Source: Bacteroidales bacterium (lineage in GTDB: Bacteria > Bacteroidota > Bacteroidia > Bacteroidales > SZUA-534). Taken from it: a stretch of 64,000 nucleotides of DNA. Position 1 is the first letter of the stretch, and each line of letters starts with the position of its first letter. Below the pieces are notes generated by a model, which saw only the letters and a program-made list of their open reading frames with translations, was not told where the DNA came from and ran no database searches. The translations under genes were made by a program, and so were the position numbers. The stretch lies in contig JBJKSB010000041.1 in NCBI GenBank assembly GCA_046704385.1, positions 159,106-223,105 on the forward strand, given 5' to 3'. Positions 47,184 to 55,780 of the stretch are shown here, one piece after another.

Positions 47184-47785
47184 AAAAGGAGTTAATATTT
47201 TTGGGGTTTATTTTAGTTTTTGCGTCATGTAAAAAAGACAATATAATACCGATTATTAAACCCCAACCTTATTTACCGGCCTTTCCCGGGTCGTACTGGA
47301 CTTATTCAAATGGTGACCGGACTGTTGTTCAGGATGATTATGTAGTGCATAGTTATCAGCCCGATATTAATTCGCCTGCATATACCGCCGAAAAAAGGGT
47401 ACCTAAAATTGATGATAAATTTTTGTACGGATATGAAATCACGCAAAATTCCACAAACCATCCATTAAAAAAATTATTGGAAGAAACAGTGGGTTCGGCC
47501 TGGGAGGTAAATAATATCAACGGCGACGAAATAATGAGGCAAACTATTCAGGTGCTTGATACGGTCAGGCTCGAATTCACCCCGAAAGAACATGCTAAGG
47601 ATTCAACTTATCGCAATGTTGTGGTAGTGGTTGAATTTATAAAACGCTTAGGGAATGCCAATTGGAATATTAAGGAATATTATGCTAAGGGTGTTGGTTT
47701 GATTAAATCAGAAATAGACAATCCTTACGATACACTTCCGGCTATCGTGGAAAAAAAGCTGGTTAGTTACAAAATTGGTGATTAA
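47180..47785 (+). CDS. Lipoprotein of unknown function
   Basis: 201 aa with a lipoprotein signal 'LVFASC'. Its start overlaps the lgt stop (ATGA). Confidence 0.7.
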   Translation: MKKELIFLGFILVFASCKKDNIIPIIKPQPYLPAFPGSYWTYSNGDRTVVQDDYVVHSYQPDINSPAYTAEKRVPKIDDKFLYGYEITQNSTNHPLKKLLEETVGSAWEVNNINGDEIMRQTIQVLDTVRLEFTPKEHAKDSTYRNVVVVVEFIKRLGNANWNIKEYYAKGVGLIKSEIDNPYDTLPAIVEKKLVSYKIGD

Positions 47786-47787
47786 AG

Positions 47788-48444
47788 ATGCGTTTCCCGT
47801 TTTCCTATACGGGCGAAGTAATATTTTATAAGCCTGAAGGGTTTAGCAGTGAGCTTTTTCTTAAATCTTTTTATCCACAGGCAACAATACATGATTCGGG
47901 TAACGGATTCCTGGTTTTTACCACGCCCATTACACTTTTAAAATTACCAGTTAAAGTTAAAATTTGGCTGGCTGATGATAATACCTCCATTCAATGTAAT
48001 TACCAGATTTCAATGCTTGGCAATAACCTGGTAATCCTACTCGGACTTTTGTTCATGATGTTTTTTATGTATTTCCACGCTAAGTTGCCAGAGATATTAT
48101 CGCCGGTATTGGCTGTATTTTATTATGTGCTGAATACGCTTAGAATTTCTTCGCATTTAAAAAAAATAATTTATAGTTATTTAGGGTTTGACAATGTGGC
48201 AGGAAAACCTGAACTGTGGCAGCAACAGATAAAGTGGATGCAGGATCAGAAAGTTTGCCCGGCTTGTGGAGAAGAACAAAACCCATATTCAGTAAAATGT
48301 GTAAATTGCGGTTTATTTTTGCATAAAAAACCCCAAAAACTGAATCAGATTAATACCAGTAATCCTTTTTTTAAGGACGTACACTATGAATTTAAAAAAG
48401 GGGGAAATGAGAAGAATAGCGGCAAACATAATTTATCCGGTTAA
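47788..48444 (+). CDS. Membrane protein with a C-terminal zinc-ribbon
   Basis: 218 aa. It has two central TM helices and the zinc-ribbon sequence 'CPACGEEQNPYSVKCVNCG'. Confidence 0.65.
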   Translation: MRFPFSYTGEVIFYKPEGFSSELFLKSFYPQATIHDSGNGFLVFTTPITLLKLPVKVKIWLADDNTSIQCNYQISMLGNNLVILLGLLFMMFFMYFHAKLPEILSPVLAVFYYVLNTLRISSHLKKIIYSYLGFDNVAGKPELWQQQIKWMQDQKVCPACGEEQNPYSVKCVNCGLFLHKKPQKLNQINTSNPFFKDVHYEFKKGGNEKNSGKHNLSG

Positions 48445-49522
48445 CGGGAACCCTGTTAAAGATGCCTTTATAGAAGTTGATGACTTTGGCAGAATACTCA
48501 ACATTGTAAGATACAACCAGCAGGCAGAGGAAATTGCCGGATTGGAATTTTACAGCGGAGTATTGATTCCGGGTTTTGTAAATGCGCATTGCCACCTGGA
48601 ACTATCGGGTTTAAAAGGAAAAATCAATCAGGGCGACGGGCTGAATATTTTTATAAAACAAGTACAGCAACTCAGAAATCAAGACCTTGAAGATATTGAC
48701 CGGATTATGCAAAAGGCCTTGCGTTACATGTGGTCACGTGGTATTAGCGGGCTTGGTGATGTCACAAATTCTCCAAAAGGATTAAACGCAAGGCAAAATG
48801 CTAAGATGCATTTGCATAATTTTGTAGAGTTGTTTAATGTAAAAGAAATGCCGGTTAAGGATATTATTCAATCGGGAAAATCAACGATTCAAATATTTGA
48901 TGACGCAGGACAGGAATCTTCCATGGCACCACATTCCATGTATGGTACAAATAGTGAATTGCTTAATGAGATAGTTAATCAAAGTAAAAAAACGAAACTA
49001 ACCACACTTCATTTTTTGGAAAGCCATTGGGAATCGCTGCTCGATTCTAACACTATTATCAATTATTTGAATAAGCTTAAACGTTTTAACCACATTTTAC
49101 TGGTTCACAATCTGAATCTCTCAAAATCATTGTTTGATGAAATTGCCAACGATGCGGAACTGATTGATAAAATACGCTGGGTTTTATGTCCAAATTCAAA
49201 CAGGTACATAAAAAACCGACAACCCGCAGTGAACGAGTTTGTCCAATGGGGCATGAGGCTTTGCCTGGGAACCGACAGCCTGGCATCAAACCATCAGCTT
49301 TCGATACTGGATGAAATGATAACAATATCAGAGGAATTTCCTGATATACCATTTGGTGAATTGTTAAAATGGGGAACCCTGAATGGTGCCGAAGCCCTGG
49401 GTATGGAAAAATATCTGGGGAGTCTGGAACCGGGTAAAACCCCGGGCGTGCTGTTACTCTCCGGTTTTGATCTTAAAAACAGCCGGCTTACTAAAAGCAC
49501 AGAAGTCAGCCGGTTAGTATAA
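48407..49522 (+). CDS. Metal-dependent amidohydrolase-superfamily protein (chlorohydrolase/deaminase-like)
   Basis: The metal-binding motif is 'GFVNAHCHLELS', with a later 'GTDSLASN'. The ORF is open from 48386. Met at 48407 (MRRIAANIIYPVNG) looks like the native N-terminus. Either start overlaps the upstream gene. Confidence 0.75.
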   Translation: MRRIAANIIYPVNGNPVKDAFIEVDDFGRILNIVRYNQQAEEIAGLEFYSGVLIPGFVNAHCHLELSGLKGKINQGDGLNIFIKQVQQLRNQDLEDIDRIMQKALRYMWSRGISGLGDVTNSPKGLNARQNAKMHLHNFVELFNVKEMPVKDIIQSGKSTIQIFDDAGQESSMAPHSMYGTNSELLNEIVNQSKKTKLTTLHFLESHWESLLDSNTIINYLNKLKRFNHILLVHNLNLSKSLFDEIANDAELIDKIRWVLCPNSNRYIKNRQPAVNEFVQWGMRLCLGTDSLASNHQLSILDEMITISEEFPDIPFGELLKWGTLNGAEALGMEKYLGSLEPGKTPGVLLLSGFDLKNSRLTKSTEVSRLV

Positions 49523-49557
49523 CGTACAAAAGGTTTAAGGGCAGTAATGCGGGATTC

Positions 49558-49974
49558 CTACGCTACTCCATTCTTTTTCAAAATGTTGATGAGCGAAGGT
49601 GTATAATATGATATATAATGAGGAAACTCCTCTTTCAAATAATTATAAAGATCCAAAAACAACTCTGAGGGAGCGGAGCTTAAAAATTTTTCTTTGAATT
49701 CCTGAATGTGGGTTAAAAACTGGTCGTGCTTTTCCCGAAAATAAGAATAATCAATTTCAGGGATGCTGTTTACCAACATTTTTTCTTTCATAAGGAAATC
49801 ATCTGAAAAATGGCATAACGAAAAAAATATATCGCGCCCTTTATCAGCAACCGAATTATCGGCAATACTGGTACCAATTTCATTTAATATGGCTAAAAAC
49901 CGCTGATGCTGTTTATCTACTGATTTTAACCCAACGCTAAATTCATCTTTCCAGTTTATTGCTTCAATTTCCAT
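49558..49974 (-). CDS. Hemerythrin-like metal-binding domain protein
   Basis: 138 aa. The N-terminus 'INWKDEFSVGLKSVDKQHQRFLAILNEI' is the typical bacteriohemerythrin N-terminus. Confidence 0.7.
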   Translation of the reverse strand: MEIEAINWKDEFSVGLKSVDKQHQRFLAILNEIGTSIADNSVADKGRDIFFSLCHFSDDFLMKEKMLVNSIPEIDYSYFREKHDQFLTHIQEFKEKFLSSAPSELFLDLYNYLKEEFPHYISYYTPSLINILKKNGVA

Positions 49975-49995
49975 AGTTACACCTTTTCAACGACT

Positions 49996-50003
49996 CAAAT
50001 TTA
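49996..50003 (-). promoter_or_regulatory. Bacteroidota -7 box (TAAATTTG) for the hemerythrin-like gene
   Basis: This matches TAnnTTTG on the minus strand, 22 nt upstream of the start codon. Confidence 0.4.
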
Positions 50004-50099
50004 AAATAATCCAAACCCGATCAAAATGACTTAAATCATACTTCGGGTTGTAAAATGTTGTGGTTTGGGTTTAAACATCGCAATTATGCAGGATATAAA

Positions 50100-50107
50100 T
50101 ATATTTG
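50100..50107 (+). promoter_or_regulatory. Bacteroidota -7 box (TATATTTG) for the glycosyltransferase gene
   Basis: This matches TAnnTTTG, 7 nt upstream of ATG 50114. That would give a near-leaderless mRNA. Confidence 0.35.
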
Positions 50108-50113
50108 TAATAG

Positions 50114-51088
50114 ATGAACAATAACGAAATAGTTTTGATAGCACCCCTGAACTGGGGGTTGGGGCATGCAACGCGCATGGTTCCGATTATTTACAATTAT
50201 AGGAGCCAGGGTCATAAGGTTATTATAGCCGCTGAAGGTTTATCCATGAAACTACTGAAAAAAGAATTTCCTGATGTACAACACATTATTTTAAAAGGAT
50301 TCAGGGTTCGGTATGCCCCCAGACCGTTCTTTATTTTATACCTTTTATTACAGATGCCTGTTTTTCTGGCTTCAATTATTGTTGAAAAACAAAGGATCAG
50401 GAAAATAGTAAAGGAAAAACAAATCACAACAATAATTTCAGATAACCGCTATGGGTTGAGGCATAAAAAAGTAAAAAGTATTTTAATTACACACCAGATT
50501 TTCATTAAACTTCCCCGGGCATTGAAACTTTTTGAACCCGTGTTACATTCATTTACCAGGCAGCTAATTAGCAAGTTCGATGAATGTTGGATTCCCGATT
50601 ACGAAAAAATGGACGAAAGCCTTTCCGGGGAGTTGTCGCACGAAAAAAAATTGCCGGCAAATGCTAAATTTATTGGCCCGTTGTCGCGTTTTAAAAACCT
50701 GAAGTTGATGGATTACCCCTTGGATTTACCGGCATTTGATGTGGTAATTATTATTTCAGGTCCGGAGCCCAACCGAACCCGGTTTGAGAAGCAAATGGAA
50801 GCCCGGTTTGAAAAGTCTGCACAAAAAGTGCTTATGATCTGTGGAAAACCTGAAAGTAATGATGATGAAATTATCCCAAATTCTACAGGACTGGTAAAAG
50901 TAAATCATTTAAATACTGCCCAAATGGCTTTTTACCTGACCCATGCATCAAAAATTATCGCCCGAAGTGGTTATAGCACCATCATGGATTTACATTTATT
51001 GAATGTAATGGCGGAACTTATTCCAACCCCCGGCCAAACTGAGCAGGAGTACCTGGTGGAATGGTATATGAAGAAACAACAATTTTAG
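50114..51088 (+). CDS. GT-B fold glycosyltransferase (MurG/GT28-C-terminal-like, MJ1255-type family)
   Basis: 324 aa. The N-terminus 'IAPLNWGLGHATRMVPII' and the C-terminal 'ARSGYSTIMDL' plus 'PTPGQTEQEY' are typical of this family. Confidence 0.65.
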   Translation: MNNNEIVLIAPLNWGLGHATRMVPIIYNYRSQGHKVIIAAEGLSMKLLKKEFPDVQHIILKGFRVRYAPRPFFILYLLLQMPVFLASIIVEKQRIRKIVKEKQITTIISDNRYGLRHKKVKSILITHQIFIKLPRALKLFEPVLHSFTRQLISKFDECWIPDYEKMDESLSGELSHEKKLPANAKFIGPLSRFKNLKLMDYPLDLPAFDVVIIISGPEPNRTRFEKQMEARFEKSAQKVLMICGKPESNDDEIIPNSTGLVKVNHLNTAQMAFYLTHASKIIARSGYSTIMDLHLLNVMAELIPTPGQTEQEYLVEWYMKKQQF

Positions 51089-51111
51089 CAAGGAATAAAA
51101 TTGATTAAGTC

Positions 51112-51420
51112 TTATGAAATTTCTAAACCTGTTTTTTTAACTAAATCAATTAATGGAGAATTTTCACTATTATTAAAACGATCTTTTCCAACAAGATACG
51201 GTTCAATTTTTGAATTAACTTTTCTGGTTAAACTCCAAATTTTACCGGTAATGTAATCTTCTTCATTTTCTGAGACAATCATTATATCAATATCGCTATC
51301 ATCATTAGCGGTATTTGTCAAATAACTGCCATATAAATAAGCTTTATCCACAGTTATCCCTTCGGCACGTAATAAGTAAATAAATTTTTTTAATATTTCT
51401 ACAACTTCGCTTTTAGCCAT
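51112..51420 (-). CDS. Minimal nucleotidyltransferase (MNT) domain protein, antitoxin-type partner of HEPN
   Basis: 102 aa. The NTase motif is 'YLYGSYLTNTANDDSDIDIMIV'. Confidence 0.8.
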   Translation of the reverse strand: MAKSEVVEILKKFIYLLRAEGITVDKAYLYGSYLTNTANDDSDIDIMIVSENEEDYITGKIWSLTRKVNSKIEPYLVGKDRFNNSENSPLIDLVKKTGLEIS

Positions 51421-51779
51421 TGTAATAGGGTTTTAGTATTTTCTAAATATTCATTTACTTTTATTTTGTTAGGAAGCACAGGATTGTAGTCAGGGTATCT
51501 TCCCTGTAATTGGTATTTCATTAAAATTCCTAAAAAGATTTGGATTTCATCATCAAAATCCAAACCAGCTCTTTCAGATAGATAAATCAGGTTATGCGAC
51601 CGAGGGGCAACATCTCTTGATATTTTGACAATGTGAGCCTTAATTGCTTTTTCAATTACCAGGTGGCAAAAAAATAATCCATGAAGAATCCGTTTTTCCC
51701 GAATCAATAAATCAGCGGTTAAAAGATCGTCCTCAGAACCCTCAATCCAATATTCTATCTGCTTATGAACGTCAATCAT
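51399..51779 (-). CDS. HEPN domain protein (toxin-type partner of MNT)
   Basis: 126 aa and all-helical. The Rx4-6H-type motif is 'SRDVAPRSHNLIYL'. It overlaps the MNT gene by 22 nt. Confidence 0.8.
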   Translation of the reverse strand: MIDVHKQIEYWIEGSEDDLLTADLLIREKRILHGLFFCHLVIEKAIKAHIVKISRDVAPRSHNLIYLSERAGLDFDDEIQIFLGILMKYQLQGRYPDYNPVLPNKIKVNEYLENTKTLLQWLKAKL

Positions 51780-51798
51780 TTTTTGTTTTCTAAATATT

Positions 51799-51806
51799 CA
51801 AATTTA
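51799..51806 (-). promoter_or_regulatory. Bacteroidota -7 box (TAAATTTG) for the HEPN-MNT cassette
   Basis: This matches TAnnTTTG on the minus strand, 20 nt upstream of the HEPN ATG. Confidence 0.4.
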
Positions 51807-51844
51807 CTAAAAACAATTAATGAAATAATTTTATCTCATGATGT

Positions 51845-51878
51845 CTTTTCTTTGGATGCTATTTTACTAAAAGAAAAG
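51845..51878 (-). terminator. Hairpin downstream of the 1154-aa gene (possible terminator)
   Basis: A perfect 9-bp stem CTTTTCTTT / AAAGAAAAG with a 16-nt loop. No strong T-run follows. Confidence 0.35.
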
Positions 51879-51896
51879 GTAACAATATTCAACAAT

Positions 51897-54800
51897 TTAC
51901 CCTTTAAACAACGGATCCAGACCAATAGTGCCCACCAGCTCTTTCAGGTATTCCGGGGAACTTACTTTAGTCAGTTTTTGTTTGGCAATATCAATTCGTC
52001 CGGGTATGTCCATTTCTATGACAAGGTCGGCATTATCAGGATTTGATTTAAAACTGTTCAGATAATCAATCTGTTGCGACAGGCATTTTTTATCGCGGTT
52101 TTGTTTCAGTTTCAGGCGTTCTTTGTACCAATCGCTTTTGATTACATACTCCCGGTCAAAATATTTACGCAGTTCAGGATCGCTGATTTCTCTACCTTCG
52201 TAATTACCGTAAGCCATAACATGCAACAAAATTTTCAACGGTGGAATGGCAGCTTCCACACTTTTATCTTCAAAATAAGCCAGGGCAACTTTTTGGTGAG
52301 CTTCAACAATATTGTTTATACCATCAACATAATCATCCATACCTTGTAATTCAGGTTTTAGCATGCGTTCGCTGAAAACAGCCTGAGGTTCATCAAACAG
52401 CCGGTTCATACAACGAAAAGCAAAATTTTTGTTAATGCGGTAACCTAACCGGCTTGCCAGTACTTTTTGGCTTTTATATTCAAAATCATCAATTTTTTCG
52501 AGGCAGTCGTTTTCAATGAGTTTTTTCGGGTCACGGTCCTCAGGCATCAGGCGGGCCCAAATTTCAGGTATTAAAATACTGATATCGTGGTCAAAGCGGT
52601 TTTCAGAACCAATATACCCGGCAGCAGAACTAAATCCCTGGTACTCTGTCAAAATATAGGAGAGTAAGGCATTATTCAGATCGGTTGTAGCTACCAGCAT
52701 GTTAAAAGGCCCTTTGGTTAAAGCACCTTCTGATCCGGCGCCTGTGGTCGAGGGCGATTTTCCGGTCAAACTGCATATAAAATCCATAAATAATTCGGGC
52801 AATTCCTGGTAGTGAATTGGATTATACACGCTTAAGGAACGGATACCGGCTTCTTTATCTGACGGATTGTTCCTTCGGCCCGGCAATACGGCATTTACAG
52901 GATAAAATACCGGTTCATCAGCTTTCATATTCCGGTGTAAACGTACGCCCGTATCTGCTACGTAGCTTTCAAAGGTTTCTTCTTTGAACTTATTTTTTTC
53001 GAGATACCTGGGGTTTGCAGTAGGTTTACCATCCACCATGCGCGTGTGCGAGGGAGTTACAAAATATCCGTCGCGTTCACTTTCTGCAACTTTTTTAATC
53101 AGTTCTTTAACAGGATTGGTGTACTCTTCAAAACTAATGGCATCATCATATAAGTCAATAGCATTTTGCCTGGTTAACGGTTCGTAGTTGGTTAAAAAGG
53201 TGTTGCCCTGAACAATATCGAATTCAGCTTCCTTGTCATAACCTCTGATAACAGCTTCGTCTGGGCGTTGAAAGAAATAGCTTTCGCAGTTGGTAACCAG
53301 TTTTATGCTTTGGTTGGGATATTCCTTGTTCAGCGTTTTAAAGTGAGAAACCGGCAGAGTGATTGATGCCGTAATATCATCTTCCATCTGTACTTTTTGA
53401 ACCGGAACAAAATCGGAACGTAGTTTATGCAGCAACCAGTTTCCATCCCCGGTAAAACCGATACGAACATTACTTGAAAGAACCAGGTTGTTGTTATAGC
53501 GCAGGGCGTGTCCCATTTTGCCATTTACAATTTCAACGCTGAATTTGTCCTTCCAGTTACTGGTCTTTTCATCGGTGCGGTACAATCGTTTAATATACAG
53601 AGCCAGGGTCCTTATGTGGAAAGGAATGCTTTTGAGAAACTCGTTATACGCATCGTTGTATTGATCAGAAGGTGTCAATAATTTTACCGCACTTCCAAGG
53701 GTGCGTTCTGGGCTCAGGAACGATCTTGATTTTTTCGCATCGGGCCTCATTTTTTTCCAACGGGTGGAGTAGTCCATATTTAACAGCAAATCAGCCTGTT
53801 TGGCATCTCTCTCCAAATCATCAATATAAAAAGCCCCGTACTTAATGGCATTTTGCATCGATTTTGAAATCTCTGATTTTCCTCCTCCTGAGACGGTGCT
53901 GGGTTTGTGACAGAATATCCCTTCGGGAGATATATCAACAATGCGCCACAGGTTTTGATTCGGGTGTTTGGTTAAGCTGAATTTATGTCCGGTTGGGTGA
54001 ATATAGGTTTTTTGCGGCGATAATTTTAATCTAAAATCTTGTTTGTTGAATTTCCAGCTAATGGAACTATCGTCAATATCAAAATTGGCGAATTCAGGCA
54101 CATATATAATATCAGGATACTTTTTATCGACAGCATATCCTTCCGGCTTTACTTCAATAGTATCACCCAACAGTTTTTTAACATTTTCGAAGTTATAGCC
54201 GGGTTTAAATTTCGAGGTAAAAATTTCACCGTATACTTTATCCATCATGCTTCCGCAGGAGAAAGCAATAGCACCGCCGGCATGTTCTTCTTCAACCAGT
54301 CCATAAAGATTAGCCGAATAGCTTATCTGGGTTTTAATCTCTTTTTTTGAATATCCATAATAATTGTCAGCAATCAGTGTAATTACCACGCCTCTGTTGT
54401 CGCGGCATACCAATTTGAAAGCTTCACCTTCATTATAAAGTTCGCTTTCGTTGCTCCAGCACATTCCGTCTTTACGCTGACGTGCACTTGCACTGTCGAA
54501 ATGGGGCAGGCCAACATCTTTCTTTTTTAATTTGGTAAGATGCGGTGCCAGAATGATACATCCTGTATGTCCGGTCCAGTGCTCTACATCAAGGGCGGCA
54601 TCGTTCATGGCCAGGTTGGGATCGCCGGCATTACCGAATATGGTTTCTACAAAATCAAGGTTGCTTACCAGGCTACCCGGGGCAAAAAACCTGATCTCCA
54701 TGCTTTTTTCACTGATAACGCCTTCAACATTCGGGCAAACCACTGGCCGCATAAGCAGCGATACCATCACCTTTGCTTTTTCGGTCTGTTTTGAGGTAAA

Positions 54801-55361
54801 GGGCAAAATTTGCAGCTCTTCCGGCGGATATAATGCTGCGTGCATCATATGAGCAAAAGTTATTTTAGGAATCTCTTTCTTATCAGGAGGAACAGGTAAT
54901 CCGCCCCGTACTATATGGAAAGTGCCTTTGGTAGTTCGTTTATCTTTGGCCGGATTATTTAATATACCTTGTTTTAACCGGTACGAACTTACATATTTAT
55001 TTGTAAATGTATTACCATCAGGGGGCAGACTGACTTCACGGGCCAGACCGGTTTGATTCAGTATAAAAGTATTGTTGGGAATCCGGCACGGTTTATCAAA
55101 TTCAACATCTTTTAAATAATCATCTAAAAAATTCTGGATGCGGGCATCCGCAGGTGGTAAATGATTGGATAACAAACGCGTTTTTTCCTTGATGCTTTTA
55201 ATTAAATCTTCCGTAAGGGAAATAAAGCGTTCATTTGAATATTTGGTTTTGGCATCGGCATTATCATAAAAAAGAGGTTGACCTAAAGCTGCTAATTGAA
55301 GATTAATATATTGTATTAAATCTTTCCTGTCTTTTTTTGTCGTTTTTTTTATTTTTTGCAT
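51897..55361 (-). CDS. Large cytoplasmic protein, best guess PPi-dependent phosphoenolpyruvate carboxykinase (PPi-PEPCK family)
   Basis: 1154 aa, about 130 kDa, with no signal peptide. The P-loop-like 'STVSGGGKSEISKS' at aa 488-501 resembles PEPCK kinase-1a. 'ADNYYGYSKKEIK' at aa 331-343 resembles the PEPCK-specific YGGxxxKK motif. The size matches the PPi-type PEPCKs. Nothing was verified by search. Confidence 0.5.
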   Translation of the reverse strand: MQKIKKTTKKDRKDLIQYINLQLAALGQPLFYDNADAKTKYSNERFISLTEDLIKSIKEKTRLLSNHLPPADARIQNFLDDYLKDVEFDKPCRIPNNTFILNQTGLAREVSLPPDGNTFTNKYVSSYRLKQGILNNPAKDKRTTKGTFHIVRGGLPVPPDKKEIPKITFAHMMHAALYPPEELQILPFTSKQTEKAKVMVSLLMRPVVCPNVEGVISEKSMEIRFFAPGSLVSNLDFVETIFGNAGDPNLAMNDAALDVEHWTGHTGCIILAPHLTKLKKKDVGLPHFDSASARQRKDGMCWSNESELYNEGEAFKLVCRDNRGVVITLIADNYYGYSKKEIKTQISYSANLYGLVEEEHAGGAIAFSCGSMMDKVYGEIFTSKFKPGYNFENVKKLLGDTIEVKPEGYAVDKKYPDIIYVPEFANFDIDDSSISWKFNKQDFRLKLSPQKTYIHPTGHKFSLTKHPNQNLWRIVDISPEGIFCHKPSTVSGGGKSEISKSMQNAIKYGAFYIDDLERDAKQADLLLNMDYSTRWKKMRPDAKKSRSFLSPERTLGSAVKLLTPSDQYNDAYNEFLKSIPFHIRTLALYIKRLYRTDEKTSNWKDKFSVEIVNGKMGHALRYNNNLVLSSNVRIGFTGDGNWLLHKLRSDFVPVQKVQMEDDITASITLPVSHFKTLNKEYPNQSIKLVTNCESYFFQRPDEAVIRGYDKEAEFDIVQGNTFLTNYEPLTRQNAIDLYDDAISFEEYTNPVKELIKKVAESERDGYFVTPSHTRMVDGKPTANPRYLEKNKFKEETFESYVADTGVRLHRNMKADEPVFYPVNAVLPGRRNNPSDKEAGIRSLSVYNPIHYQELPELFMDFICSLTGKSPSTTGAGSEGALTKGPFNMLVATTDLNNALLSYILTEYQGFSSAAGYIGSENRFDHDISILIPEIWARLMPEDRDPKKLIENDCLEKIDDFEYKSQKVLASRLGYRINKNFAFRCMNRLFDEPQAVFSERMLKPELQGMDDYVDGINNIVEAHQKVALAYFEDKSVEAAIPPLKILLHVMAYGNYEGREISDPELRKYFDREYVIKSDWYKERLKLKQNRDKKCLSQQIDYLNSFKSNPDNADLVIEMDIPGRIDIAKQKLTKVSSPEYLKELVGTIGLDPLFKG

Positions 55362-55381
55362 GATATATAATTTTAAGCACC

Positions 55382-55389
55382 CAAAAATA
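55382..55389 (-). promoter_or_regulatory. Bacteroidota -7 box (TATTTTTG) for the 1154-aa gene
   Basis: This matches TAnnTTTG on the minus strand, 20 nt upstream of the ATG. Confidence 0.45.
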
Positions 55390-55684
55390 ATTAAATAGCT
55401 ATATTTCTTATGATTAAATTGGATTTTACCACATGATTTTTGTCTGGTTTTCAGAATGATTAAAGGACGTTTATTTTGATGCCTAATCCAATTATCATAA
55501 ACGGTTAAAAATCAAAGCGTTTCCTTTTTTCCAATTCATTTTCATTTTAAGAAAACGATTTCATAACTCATTTGGTTCTGAATAAGGTAAAATTCTGTTT
55601 ATTAAATTAAGGTGTTCAAATAAAAGACATGCTTATCTGAAATTACTACTAAAATATTATCAAACCATTAAACTTTTATGTAAT

Positions 55685-55717
55685 TTTGCCCCCCGAAACA
55701 AAAGCATTATACTTTTG
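55685..55717 (+). promoter_or_regulatory. Predicted sufB promoter (-33 TTTG, -7 TACTTTTG) overlapped by a 9-bp inverted repeat
   Basis: TTTG lies at 55685-55688 and TACTTTTG at 55710-55717, with a 21-nt spacer. The inverted repeat AAACAAAAG (55696-55704) / CTTTTGTTT (55712-55720) covers the -7 box. Confidence 0.45.
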
Positions 55718-55780
55718 TTTTGCTGATTACAAATGGTTTAGGTCTGGATTGACCGGAAGCCAGAACAGGAAGGTAAAATT

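Noticed and set aside
51765-52046. 93-aa plus-strand ORF between the HEPN gene and the 1154-aa gene
   Set aside because: It overlaps the HEPN start, its promoter and the 3' end of the large gene in antisense. Its translation is AT-rich and low-complexity.
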